Of a stretch of 64,000 nucleotides of DNA, positions 51,794 to 64,000 are shown piece by piece (position 1 is the first letter of the stretch; each line of letters opens with the position of its first letter). The notes under the pieces are model-generated. The model was not told the origin of the DNA. It saw only the letters and a list, made by a program, of their open reading frames with translations, and searched no databases. Source of the DNA: Octopus sinensis (Eukaryota); contig NC_043012.1 in assembly GCF_006345805.1 (NCBI RefSeq), positions 32,922,001 through 32,986,000 of the forward strand, read 5' to 3'. The position numbers and the translations under genes are program-made.

Positions 51794-52105
51794 TAAAGAA
51801 TAAAATGTTTTGAATGCCACAACAATGCACTATAATACAAACAACGGACTATAAGAACTGTTGTAATTTAATCAACCATTGCCTGAGATGATATTTCGGA
51901 ATAAAAATTCCTTCTTCAGATATCCCTAGGAATTGATGGAGTCGTTGCTATAACCGATTATAGCAGCGATTCCTAGGGATATCTGAAGGAATTGTTATTC
52001 CGAAATATCATCTCAGGCAATGGTTGATTAAATTACAACAGTTCTTATAGTCCGTTGTTTGTATTATAGTGCATTGTTGTGGCATTCAAAACATTTTATT
52101 CTTTA
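51794..52105. repeat. 312-bp near-perfect palindrome with a hammerhead-like motif (probable Penelope-like pseudo-LTR fold-back)
   Basis: Arms of ~140 bp are reverse complements. Minus-strand CTGAAGA-A-GGAAT-TTTT-ATTCC-GAAA-TA-TC at 51882-51930. Confidence 0.8.
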
Positions 52106-54110
52106 TGTACAAAGCAGCTTTGCAGTCCCACTAGCTATAAAATGGCTTTGACAAATATTTTGTTAATATGCCATGCTGAGTTCAGCAAAACTCAAAACTT
52201 TCCAATGACAGAAAAAAAGCAAAAGAAAATAGCATATTTCCTCTACCTTGAATTTGTGTATAAAAATGAAGTTTCCCAGTAGTGGGCAACAATCCAATGT
52301 GTTGGAGACATTATGCATGGCTAAATTAATAACTCTTAATTTCAAATCACCCTGCAGGTATTGTAGGGAGGTTCTAAAGTTTTGTAGTGATTAACAAATT
52401 AGCATCACTACTGTAGAGAATGGTCTTCAACCATTTTCTGCATATAGACCCCTTTGATTTCTATTTTGCTCAGGTGGACCTCCATAGCCATTTATGGTAT
52501 ATATTAAAAAAATCCTACAGTATATTTTTTTATATATATATACGAATCCTACAGTATTTTTATAATTAAATATTATTAGGAATTGTATAATAATTAGAAT
52601 ATTTTGTGTATTGTAAAAGTATAACTAATTTATTACTCTTTACTTGTTTCAGTCATTTGATTGTAGCACCGCCTTTAGTCGAGCACATCGACCCCCAGGA
52701 CTTATTCTTTGAAAGCCTAGTACTTATTCTATCAGTCTCTTTTGCCAAACCACTAAGTTACGGGGACGTAAACAAACCAGCATTGGTTGTCAAGTGATGT
52801 TGGGGGCACAAACACAGACACATACACATGTGTGTGTGTGTGCCCCCAACATCAGTTGACAACTGATGCTGGTGTGTTTACGTCCGCGTAACTTATATAC
52901 ATACAACGGGCTTCTTTCAGTTTCCGTCTACCAAATCCACTCACAAGGCTTTGGTCGGCCCGAGGCTATAGTAGAAGACACTTGCCCAAGGTGCCACGCA
53001 GTAGGACTGAACCCGGAACCAAGCTACTGACCACACAGCCACTCCTACGCCTATATTGCACATAAATTTTAACCACTGGTTTAGAGAAACAATTTCCGCC
53101 ACAGATAATTATGGTTTATTTAAAATGCATTACCACAGAAAGGAAGTGAGCTGGCAGAATCGTTAGACCGTTAGGAAGAAAGCTTAGTATTAGACGCAAT
53201 AGTATAATGGGAAAAATAACGGCTGACTTTCTTTCAGATTTTAATATATTTTTAGCTTAATAAAGAAAAAAAGCTTGGTTTCTAAAAAAACTTCCCAGGT
53301 GTTGTTTCAATATCAAATAAGCCAGGAAATCTATAAGTAGTAGTATACATATGAAGGAAGGGAAAGCTAAATTTATTTGTAAAGATTAGCTCAAAACATA
53401 CAAGCATTAATATGGATATATTTCACAAGAGTCGCTAGTTGTTCATCTTCATTTTTTTCCCCAATATCTGTCACTCCCATTAAACTTGTAGCCTTCCCAA
53501 TAGGTAAATATTTTCAAATGATTTAGATTTTCAACTGATTTTACTGTTATGTTACAGTCTCTATGTGAGCCAATGGTATAGTATTGGTATATAAGGTGGT
53601 GAGCTGGCAGAAACGTCAGCATGCCAGCCGAAATTCTTAGCGGTATTTCGTCTGTCTTTACGTTCTGAGTTCAAATTCCGCCGAGGTCAACTTTGCCTTT
53701 CATCCTTTTGGGGTCAATAAATTAAGTACCAGTTACGCACTGGAGTCGATGTAATCAACTTAATCCAATTGTCTATCCTTGTTTGTCCCCTCTGCGTTTA
53801 GCCCCTTGTGGGTAGTAAAGAAATAGGTATCGTATTGGTATTTATTGGTATATTCTATTTCTTGTTGCTGCTGCCAAGATTAAGAAGACCTGTAGAAGGC
53901 AGCTAGCTGACAGAATCATTAGCTATCAGATAAAATGCTTAGCGGCATTTTGACTGGTTTTACATTCCAAGTTCAAATTTCACCATGGTTGACTTTACCT
54001 TTCATTCTTTTGGGGTCAATTAAATAAGTACCAGTTGAACACTGGAATCAATGTTATTGACTTATCCCCTCCCCAAATTACTGAAACCAAAATTAAGACA
54101 TGTGCATCTA

Positions 54111-54203
<93 letters not shown>

Positions 54204-54248
54204 GTGTGTGCGTATATATATGCGTGTGTATGTGTATATGTGTGTGTA

Positions 54249-54305
<57 letters not shown>

Positions 54306-57300
54306 GAGTGTTTGGGCTACATGCCTTTAGTGTGGGGAGAAATGGATTCAAAACAAAAATGTCAAGGAGAAATTTTTTACTAGTATTCCTTTGCAGTTTC
54401 ATTGTGCATCCTTTTTTACAATTGACACTGATGCATGTAAAGGTGCAGGTATGGCCATGTGGTAAACAGTTTGCTTCTCAGCCACATGGTTCTGGGTTCA
54501 GTACAACAGTGTAGCACCTTGGGCAGTTGTCTTCTACTATAGCCTTGGGCCAGCCAAAGTCTGGTGAGTGAATTAGGTAGATGAGGACTGAAAGAAGCCC
54601 ACCATGCACACGTGTGTGTGTGTGTGTTTGTGTCTCATTTTGACATCATGTGAGAGTTGTAAAATGATTGTCACTGTCAAACAGGCAATGTCATTCATTC
54701 CTAATATTCTGTGAGAACATGTCTAGCCACGAAAACAGGTGAATGTTGGTGACAGGAAGAGAATCCAGCTGTAGAAAATCTGCCTCAGTAAAATCCATCC
54801 AACCCATGCAAACATAGAAAACTGAACATTAAAATGATGACAATGACTATGAGGCAATTCATAGAGCTAAAACAGCTTTAAAGGTCCAGTACAATCCTTT
54901 AAAATTTACTCCTTAACCCTTTAGTGTTCGCATTATTCTGCCAAAATTAATCCTTTTTCATCCACATTGCCTTGAACTATTCAGGCATTATCTTGTAGCG
55001 ATGAGATTTTGATGAGGTACCTGTAATTTTTAAACCAATATTGTAGGGTTGGTGTGAGAGACCAGATCTAGCTAGTTTGACCATGAAACGGGCAGAATAC
55101 TTTCAGCCGGATATGGCTGGTTTAAATGCTAAAGGGTTAAATAATGGGTTTTGATAGCACACATATACACACACAAGTACTTGAATGTAAGATTATCAGA
55201 ACATTTCCATAAATTTGTAATGAGCACCTTATATTTTCATGTAAAAGAGCATGAGCCAAAAAAGACCTCTACATGGTCATTTAGACTACTAAAAATAACG
55301 ACTAGATTGTCCTCAAGTTACATCCCATCATCATCTTAGAAATAGACAAATTGGATAAGGTGGTCTGAGATATTCTGGACATAGGGAAAAAATTGGATGC
55401 TCACACCTGGAATACCTTTAATAATAGGTCTGCTACGTCAAGACTGACCTAAGGCTAAAACAACAACATGAAAGAACAATAAAGAAAGGTATTTTGTATG
55501 TAACTCATGTAATAAATAAATAAATCCACTAAAGTATGCCGTTGTCCTTCCCCTCCTCATGATGTCATTGAAGTTATTTATGTGCAACACAAGTTCTTTT
55601 AACAGAGCTATCTGCCAGGTTGACTGACAATGTTTTCAGCAACTGAGAATGCTTAAAAACAGGAGAAAAGAATTATAAATATAAAAAATAAAATAAAAAC
55701 ATCAGAATAATAGCGTGTGTTAGCGGATGATAAGAATATTTTGTAAAAACAGGAAAAGAAATGATGTAACTTACAAAACACACACACACACACACATATA
55801 TAATTGGTAACTTTTTTTAAATTGCTTTATACTTCATAGAGGGGTTGATTTCCTGGTGATTTTGCAAAGCTCAGGATTTCACTGGTCCTTATATTTACTC
55901 ATATATAACATGAAAATTTAACACAGGACATCGGGTTAAAATTGAAGGATAAGTATTATACTTGAGGGGAAAAGAAAGAAGATAGATATATTAATTTTTA
56001 GGTGCAAAATATCCAGGGTAACATTATAGTCAAGACCATACTGTACTAAGGATATTAACTGAATCAGCTTCTGTACAAGTGTTTATTTTTTAAAACCAGA
56101 GTTATTAAACAAGTAGGACCTTAATAGAACCTTAAACCCAAGGGTCATGCATTGGAGCAGCATATTGTTCCAATCACCATTTGTCAGTTCTCCCTACTTA
56201 AAGGGATGAATCCAAAATATAGCAAAGCATCGAGCCAGGAACTTTATTGTGTTCTGGTGTCTCCACCATCCACTGTTGCTTCACTTAGAAAATTGAATAA
56301 CTCCATGCTGTATAAAGCAGGAAATTATTGATTTATAGCGAAAGAAATAGTTAGCTTCAAATCTAAATACACACACGTACGTATGTATGTATGTATGTAT
56401 GTAAAAGCATTGTAGTTCACTTGAAGCACTGTAGTACTGAAGAAGGAAAAGGAAATGGAAAATGGGAAAGTTTCTCACAATGAGAAAAGTTTTACAAAAG
56501 CCTTTATATTTCAGGTGCAAAGTAAAGTAAGCCAATAAAAGATGCGATACTAAGATATATAAAAAGGAAATAAGGTAATATAAAATGAAAATGAAGAAAA
56601 TATTATAATGGAATTTTTATATAAATAGTTATGGTTGCTGTTTCTAGCAAGTTGAGCAACCACTTAAAGGCTCCCTTGTTGACACATTAAAATGTTTACA
56701 TCATTTAGGTTTCCCAACAGGCCACTCACACCAGTCGTTCAGCCCAACCTTACTTAACTCCAGCAGTCAACAGTCTTTTCAGCAAAAATATGGCCTTGTA
56801 ACAGGTTTTAATGAAATGTAAAGCCTGTCAAAAACAAGCTAATTTTGATAAATTTATTACAGTCTATTGTGTATACATATGCAAAAACATACTAGAATAC
56901 AACATTAAGAAATTTTTCAAATAAAACATTTTGTTGCAAAGATAGGTGGTAAAAAACAAAAGTCTTAATAGTGCAACACTGCAACAGAGGAAACCTGAAT
57001 TTGAACAAAATACGCATAGTGATATTGTAGTATGGCCATAAGCTAAATGATTTAAAACATAGCAATTAGGATTTAGGCCTTATGTAGTCAGAAGTAAATG
57101 GAATTCATCATCACATCTTCTTAAGTTCAGAATCTGTTCGTATAACTTACTCCTATGCTATCTTACCTGTGACACTCAATGTTCTAATACCTGACCTAAA
57201 TGCATCTTCCTTGGGCTTTTATATCAGAAACAATGTTGACAAAAAAAAAATTGAAGAAATTAACCAAATACTATTTAGCTAAATTAAATAATTTAAGTCA

Positions 57301-57915
57301 TTAGTCTGGTAACTAAAATAATGTGTCCTAATTAAACCTGGCTGTTGTTCAGCTGTTTTATATTTTATTTTGTTTTTTGTAAATATTGTTGAGTTTTGTG
57401 ATTGCAGTAGACAATAAACGAGCCAACTGCATTGTCAACATGGAAAAATAATTAAGTGAAAGGTAGCTAGAAGTTGGCAAAGTCAATTATGTATAGAATG
57501 CAATTAAGGGGAAAGGAACAGAAAAGAACTAATTAATCATTTATTAAGCCAAGAATAGTGTTGCTATTAAATCAGATCAGCCCCTATGTAATTGTATTGC
57601 AAGGTCCTTAGCAAAAGTAAATCTAAGGACCTCATAATACTTTCTTTTTTTTTTTTTAATTAACCAATGTTTAGATATGAGATTAAATAGAAGTTATAAA
57701 AGAAATTTCAAGTTTTGACTTGTCTTGAAGCAATTTTTTTTTCTTTACTTTAATATCAAAATGCATTTATCAAGAAAACCCAAATAAAAGAAAATAGTAA
57801 TTGTTTATCTTATTATGTAAGGAAGCAAGCTTAAGTCAAGAAAACAACTGTTATTGTCACCAACAGACTATGCCACTACAAAATGTGCTGGCATGCAGTA
57901 ATGCAAACTAATTCT

Positions 57916-57949
<34 letters not shown>

Positions 57950-60826
57950 GTTGCTGCTTAAATGTATAAATAATTTGCAAGTATATTATTACTTAGCCAA
58001 ACAAATATATACATACAGACGTACACATACGCATGCATGCATGCACACAGAGGGGATGATAATGATGATGATGATGATGATGATGAAAAGAAAATATTAA
58101 ATTCCTGATGTTTTTTTTATGCGATTCTATTCAAATGCTTGGATATTGCTCTCAAGCCAATATATATATATTCACAGACTCAAGTCAGTATAGTTGGTTT
58201 GGCAGATACTTATACTTGAAAGGAAAATTTGTTGTTTTAATATCTACTTATATTAACAGTGATTCCCAGCCTTTTCACTATCAAGGGCCCCTTTTTACTT
58301 GAATGGATTTTCCCATGGGCCCAGCCTTTTAAAATAAGTTGATTCTTAACTTGCTGTTGACTTGTTTTCCCATAGTCACTTCTCAACTGAAAGAAATATT
58401 TAACTGAATAATTATAAGTAACATTTTACACTGCAGCCCCTTTAAATTTTGAATCTTTTGCTCCCCACCTCAAGGGTCTGTGGAACCAAGACTAATAACT
58501 AGTGCTCTACAGTGTCGTTGCTAAGTTTGCTACAAGTAGCACTACCATATTGCACTCCCACTTTAAAATAGGAAAGGACATCTTAGATAAAGTCCTATAT
58601 ACCCCTAACAACATGGGATGGTCAGAGCTGGAATGGGTTTGATCATGTAGATCGGTTCAAATCAGGGTTAAACAACAACTTAACTAAACTGAGTTAATTT
58701 TGATTGAGAAAAAATTAACAATGGTGAATTATTTGAGAATTTACAAAACAGTCAATGCTACTTTAGCCTGCAGTCTACCAGCCCATTTATAGCTTAGTAT
58801 TAGAGTCTAACATCATCATCATCATCATCGTTTAACGTCCATTTTCCATGCTAGCATGGGTTGGACAGTTCGACTGGGGTCTGGGAAGCCAGGAGGCTGC
58901 ACCAGGCCCAGTCTGATCTGGCATTGTTTCTACAGCTGGATGCCCTTCCTAACACCAACTACTCCGTGAGTGTAGTGGGTGCTTTTTATGTGCCAGGCAA
59001 GGCTGGCAACGGCCATGATCGGTTGGTGCTTTTTACGTGCCACCAGCACAGAGGCCAATCGAGGCGGTGCTGGCAACCTTAACTCTAAACCTAAACCTAA
59101 TCCCTAACCTAACCCAAATTAAGTCATTTTACAGTATAGACTATGGATACTGTGGTAAACCACTCACCAAAATAGCATCAATTAGTCTGTAGCTTTGTTG
59201 CTCCAAAAGCACTAACTAGGCCATAGTATTTACTAGCCGTAAATAATATGCATGGCAAGGAAAGGGTCACTGGAAATATTGGTCAGTAAAAACATCATTT
59301 TTCTAGGTAAAGCTCATTAATTGCCTAAACCAACCATGTTGAAAAATGACAGAGTATCTATCTGTTTTTTTGGTCAGATTTCAATGTTTCCTCTGTAAAT
59401 ATCTAAATTTACATAATAAGAAGACCATCTATGCTAGGCTAGCAGCAATAATTAATATAAAATACTTCATAAAATGATAATGATGGCACCTGAAAATACT
59501 ATTTGGTTTGATTTTACTGACAAAAGTTTAGAAAATATTTAAAATGCTACACACACACACTAAATGTTTACATTTATTCAGTCACATGATACATCATACA
59601 TACTCATCATAAGCCAAATCAAAACAATACAATCAAGATTTGCTGCTAGTTTATTTTTTGTTCTCTTCTTAACACCCTCTCTACACAAACAAAAGAAAAT
59701 CAGATGAGCAAACTTTTTTTTCTTCACCAACCTATAACTAACAAAAGTAGAGCATGACTTCTAAAATAGCCAAGCAGCGGTAATGTTATTCAGGTACATG
59801 CTTTCAGTTACCTTTTCAGATATGTGGATCAATTCTTATGAACTAATTAATGTCAGTTAATTAGCGAAGCAAATAATTTCATTATTATACTGAATAACTA
59901 TTTTTGTTTGCAAATCAAGGTTTCTTTTGATTTAATGGACTATTTTTATATATAACACATATCTTCTATGTTGTACATTTTTCAGTCACTGGACGAGGCC
60001 ATGCTGGGGCACTGCCTTAGTCAAACAAATTGACCACAGTACTTAGTTTTTTTAAAGCCTATTAGTTATTCTATCAGTTTCTTTTCATGAAATACTAAGT
60101 TATATCGAAGTATAACAAACACACACACAATGGGCTTCTTTCAGTTTCCATCAACCAAATTCACTCACAAAACTTTGATTGGCCTGGGACTATAGTAGTA
60201 GACACTTGTCCAAGGTCCCATGTGGTGAAACTGAACCTGGAACCGTTGTGTTTGGAAGCGAACTTCTTATCACATAGCCCCATGCCCAATAAATTAAAAG
60301 CAGACTCTAGTGAAAGGACAAAGACAAACTTTAGCTGGAAAAATAAGTTTTAGAACATATTCCTTCACTTTCAGAAGAAGTACATTACCAAATTTATAGG
60401 TCTTATAAGACCAAAGGACTGCTTCACTGATACATATGCTTCTTTTTTAATTTTCTATTTCTCGGTTCTGCAATGCATAATATTGTACTTGTAGGCCAAA
60501 CACAATCTATACAACCACAGCTGATTTACATGTTGGGAATACACACTAAATCAGCTGAGAATGTTCCCGGCCATGTAGATTAGTATCCAGTTGGAGATTT
60601 ATCGCTTAGCAATTCCAGAACATGAAATAAGACCAAAAATACTAGGAGATCCCATGAGAAGACATTTATGATTTTTTAGTTTACAGCAAGCAATTACATA
60701 ACAAACAGTTTAATGAACTGGATCAGACTAATGGAATTATCTAGTCAATCTTTATGCTGCCCACCACTTCAAAACAAAATAACAGTGTTAGCTAAATAAT
60801 AACAACAATTAATAATTTATATATAT

Positions 60827-62225
60827 ATACACAAATTAGTAAATAAATGGCACAACTAAGTACCGATATTTACTGGAAATAGCGAGCGTAAAAATACGAC
60901 GCTAATGTGTAGCTTCACCGCGTATGTGCAACAAAATAGAGAAAAAAACCGTCTTACCTCCAGGGAGAACATCTGAAAGATGAAACACCCGAAAATGGAT
61001 AATGTGGTACCTGCAGGTTTCAGTTTGCAAGATATGTCTCACACCCATATTATGCTTTACCTTCTTCAGCCAAACATATACCAAGACGAAATCTACGATG
61101 TTACCACATTAATACTAACACACTCGACTGAAATACGATCGCTAACAGTACGAGAAACGGTGAAGAAGTTTCAAAATATCAGTAATGCAATACAAAGTAT
61201 TGCCTTCCAGTAAAAAGTAGCCCGTGAGGGAAAAATACACAAATTAGTAAATAAATGGCACAACTAAGTACCGATATTTACTGGAAATAGCGAGCGTAAA
61301 AATACGACGCTAATGTGTAGCTTCACCGCGTATGTATTAGCAAAAATGCGTGTGTGCAACAAAATAGAGAAAAAAAACCGTCTTACCTCCAGGGAGAACA
61401 TCTGAAGATGAAACACCCGGAAAATGGATAATGTGGTAACCTGCAGGTTTCAGGTTTTGCAAGATATGTCTCTCACCCATATTATGCTTTACCTTCTTCA
61501 GCCAAATATACCAAGACGAAATCTACGATGCTACCACATTAATACTAACACACTCGACTGAAATACGGAACGCTAACAGTACGAGAAACGGTTTTTTTTC
61601 TCTATTTTGTTGCACACACGCATTTTTGCTAATACATACGCGGTGAAGCTACACATTAGCGTCGTATTTTTACGCTCGCTATTTCCAGTAAATATTGGTA
61701 CTTAGTTGTGCCATTTATTTACTAATTTGTGTATTTTTCCCTCACGGGCTACTTTTTACTGGAAGGCAATACTTTGTATTGCATTACTGATATTTTGAAA
61801 CTTCTTCACCGTTTCTCGTACTGTTAGCGATCCGTATTTCAGTCGAGTGTGTTAGTATTAATGTGGTAACATCGTAGATTTCGTCTTGGTATATGTTTGG
61901 CTGAAGAAGGTAAAGCATAATATGGGTGAGAGACATATCTTGCAAAACCTGAAACCTGCAGGTACCACATTATCCATTTTCCGGGTGTTTCATCTTTCAG
62001 ATGTTCTCCCTGGAGGTAAGACGGTTTTTTTTCTCTATTTTGTTGCACACACGCATTTTTGCTAATACATACGCGGTGAAGCTACACATTAGCGTCGTAT
62101 TTTTACGCTCGCTATTTCCAGAAAAAATACGGTACTTAGTTGTGCCATTTATTTACTAATTTGTGTATTTTTCCCTCACGGGCTATTTTTACTGGAAGGC
62201 AATACTTTGTATTGCATTACTGATA
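60827..62225. repeat. ~430-bp unit in tandem (60827-61234, 61235-61591) then inverted (61592-62225), flanked by (TA)n; retrozyme/Penelope pLTR-like
   Basis: Periods are 408 bp (copy with a 20-bp deletion) and 434 bp; orientation switches at an ACGGT microhomology at ~61587-61591. Confidence 0.9.
61888..61975 (+). ncRNA. Type I hammerhead ribozyme (predicted cleavage after GUA at 61964)
   Basis: Stem I TGG/CCA extended by ATG/CAT; CTGAAGA at 61901-61907; stem II AGGT/ACCT with extension GCA..ATATG/CATAT..TGC; GAAA at 61951-61954; palindromic stem III ACCTGCAGGT. Minus-strand copies at 60997-61082 and 61426-61512 have small indels. Confidence 0.8.
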
Positions 62226-62230
62226 TATAT

Positions 62231-62264
<34 letters not shown>

Positions 62265-62276
<12 letters not shown>

Positions 62277-62542
62277 AATGAGGTAATCAGATTGGATGGT
62301 TCATATAGGTAGATATTTTTTATATTACATTTTTTTACATATATATATCAAATCATTCGGATTGTTAGCGCTTTCTCCCAATCTAGTGGGGTTTTCAAAT
62401 TTGATTTGTTTGAAAACCCCACTAGATTGGGAGAAAGCGCTAACAATCCGAATGATATGATATATATGTAAAAATGTAATATATAAATAAATATCTACAA
62501 ATATGAACCATCCGATCTGATTACCTCATTTTTTCTAATATA
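62265..62542. repeat. ~280-bp palindrome adjoining (TA)n
   Basis: TATTAGAAAAAATGAGGTAATCAGAT... pairs with ...ATCTGATTACCTCATTTTTTCTAATA; short central loop at ~62400-62408. Confidence 0.9.
62403..62448 (+). ncRNA. Minimal type I hammerhead-like motif with U3-A8 variant core
   Basis: GATTTGT-TTGAAAA-C-CCCA-CTAGAT-TGGG-A-GAAA-GCGC-TA-ACAATC. Stem I GATT(T)GT/ACAATC, stem II CCCA/TGGG, palindromic stem III AGCGCT. Confidence 0.6.
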
Positions 62543-62712
62543 TAATACCTGTACATCATCTCAAACCTTCCATATATATATATATATATATATATCACCG
62601 TGACCGACCAGGCTATCAGATGTTGCTACACATCACTGGTCACAATGCGCTTTGCATTGTTTTAGCCTTCAAATGACGCCACCCTGCTGGCTAAGCGATC
62701 AGGCCATATATA

Positions 62713-62744
<32 letters not shown>

Positions 62745-62867
62745 AATTTACGAAGGTGTCATTAATACTATTATTATCCAATGTAACTATTTTTAAAATG
62801 ATAATAACAGAATCAGTGACACAGGCGATAGCAGGCCAAAAATAGCATTAAATAGCCGAGGGATTTA

Positions 62868-63003
62868 AATTAATCAAAGGAAATACTAAATATGTCTACC
62901 TGCTTGAAATAACAATCAAAACCCTTATTAAATTGCGATTTAATAAGAGTTTTGACTGTTATTTCAAGCAGGTAGACATACTTAATATGTCCTTTGATTA
63001 ATT
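62868..63003. repeat. 136-bp imperfect palindrome
   Basis: AATTAATCAAAGG...TATGTCTACCTGCTTGAAATAAC pairs with GTTATTTCAAGCAGGTAGACATA...CCTTTGATTAATT. Confidence 0.9.
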
Positions 63004-64000
63004 ATATATATACATATATATAAAGACACCTATGCTTGTCCCTGCATTATACTTAGCCTTGGTATAAAGCCATTTCCTGCCTCAAATACTCTCTCTTACT
63101 TAGAAGTGGGAGCTTTTTATTTTTCCGTTTTCCCTTTCTGTCCTGCAAGTTACTTGGCAACCTCGTAGTGCAGACAGCATGAAAAGAAAAAAGAAAAACA
63201 CCAAGCACACACTGTACAGTGGTTGGTGTTAGGAAGGGCATCCAGCTGTAGAAACCACACCAAAACTGACACTGGAGCTCAGCCTACTCCTGCAACTCAC
63301 CAGAAAATTTTCAACAGGATGTTTAGAAGTTAACTGAAGCATAGAAGCAGTGTATATGAAGCCTACTTTGAGACATTAGACAGGAACCTATTTTATTTAC
63401 AGATAAGATGATGCAGGTAACTGAATCTGAGTTCATGTGACAAAGTATGTTCATGAATGCAAATGTATAACAATGCTTATGTGTCAGAATAAATAAATGT
63501 GTTATGTGCACAGAAAGTCATTTATGAAGATAACTTCCTGAATTTATCTACACACATTAACAATGGCACATTAACAACAATTGATTGTATCTAATCACAA
63601 GAATAGATTTATATCTGTTTAGTTGATAGACATCTTTGTCATCAACATAAGCCATGCTTCCGTGGGTGTATAATGTCAGTGTGCACATACAACAGAGTGT
63701 AAATGACTTAAAAGGAAAACTGGGTATAAGAGGTATCAGATGTGTGCAAGAGAGAAAACTGGTGTTAATTTGGTCATGTAATGTGTACAGATGAGGACAG
63801 CTGTGTAAAGACATGACAAGTTCTAATTGTGAAGGGAACCTGTGGAAGAGGTAAACTCAGGAAGACATGGCATGAAGTGGTGGAAAAGGATCTTCGGATG
63901 TTGGGTCTTACTGAGGAAATGACAAGGAACCAGGAGATGAGGCAATTTGCTGTGGTTGAGAAGACGTGCCAAGCTAAGTAAAATCCCTGTCCTCCATACA

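Noticed and set aside
59079-59118. Telomere-like CCTAA repeats
   Set aside because: Only a few degenerate units; more likely part of an old repeat than an interstitial telomere.
60902-62048. Short ORFs in the 430-bp repeat, or a CRISPR-like reading of the array
   Set aside because: Frames differ between copies, there are no unique spacers, and the context is eukaryotic.

Overview
AT-rich, repeat-dense eukaryotic genomic DNA. The SINE/MITE repertoire suggests a cephalopod, probably Octopus (inference). There is one protein-coding gene, a minus-strand ANKLE1/LEM-3 orthologue (ankyrin repeats, LEM domain, GIY-YIG nuclease). I resolved 8 coding exons from 29438 to 2505, all with GT-AG sites and compatible phases, giving at least 2278 aa; the first coding exon was not found. 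One exon is 5820 bp and inserts about 1900 low-complexity residues with repeated FFAT-like motifs between the ankyrin and LEM domains. The rest is intronic or upstream sequence with tRNA-derived SINEs, RTE and CR1/L2-type LINE 3' fragments, piggyBac-like TTAA MITEs, mariner remnants and a Helitron. The most unusual signal is three sequence-unrelated fold-back elements that each carry a type I hammerhead-ribozyme motif of Penelope/retrozyme type: a ~430-bp tandem plus inverted array at 60827-62225, a palindrome at 62265-62542 with a compensatory U3-A8 core, and a palindrome at 51794-52105. Two long inverted duplications occur at 30288-32972 and 38913-44070.
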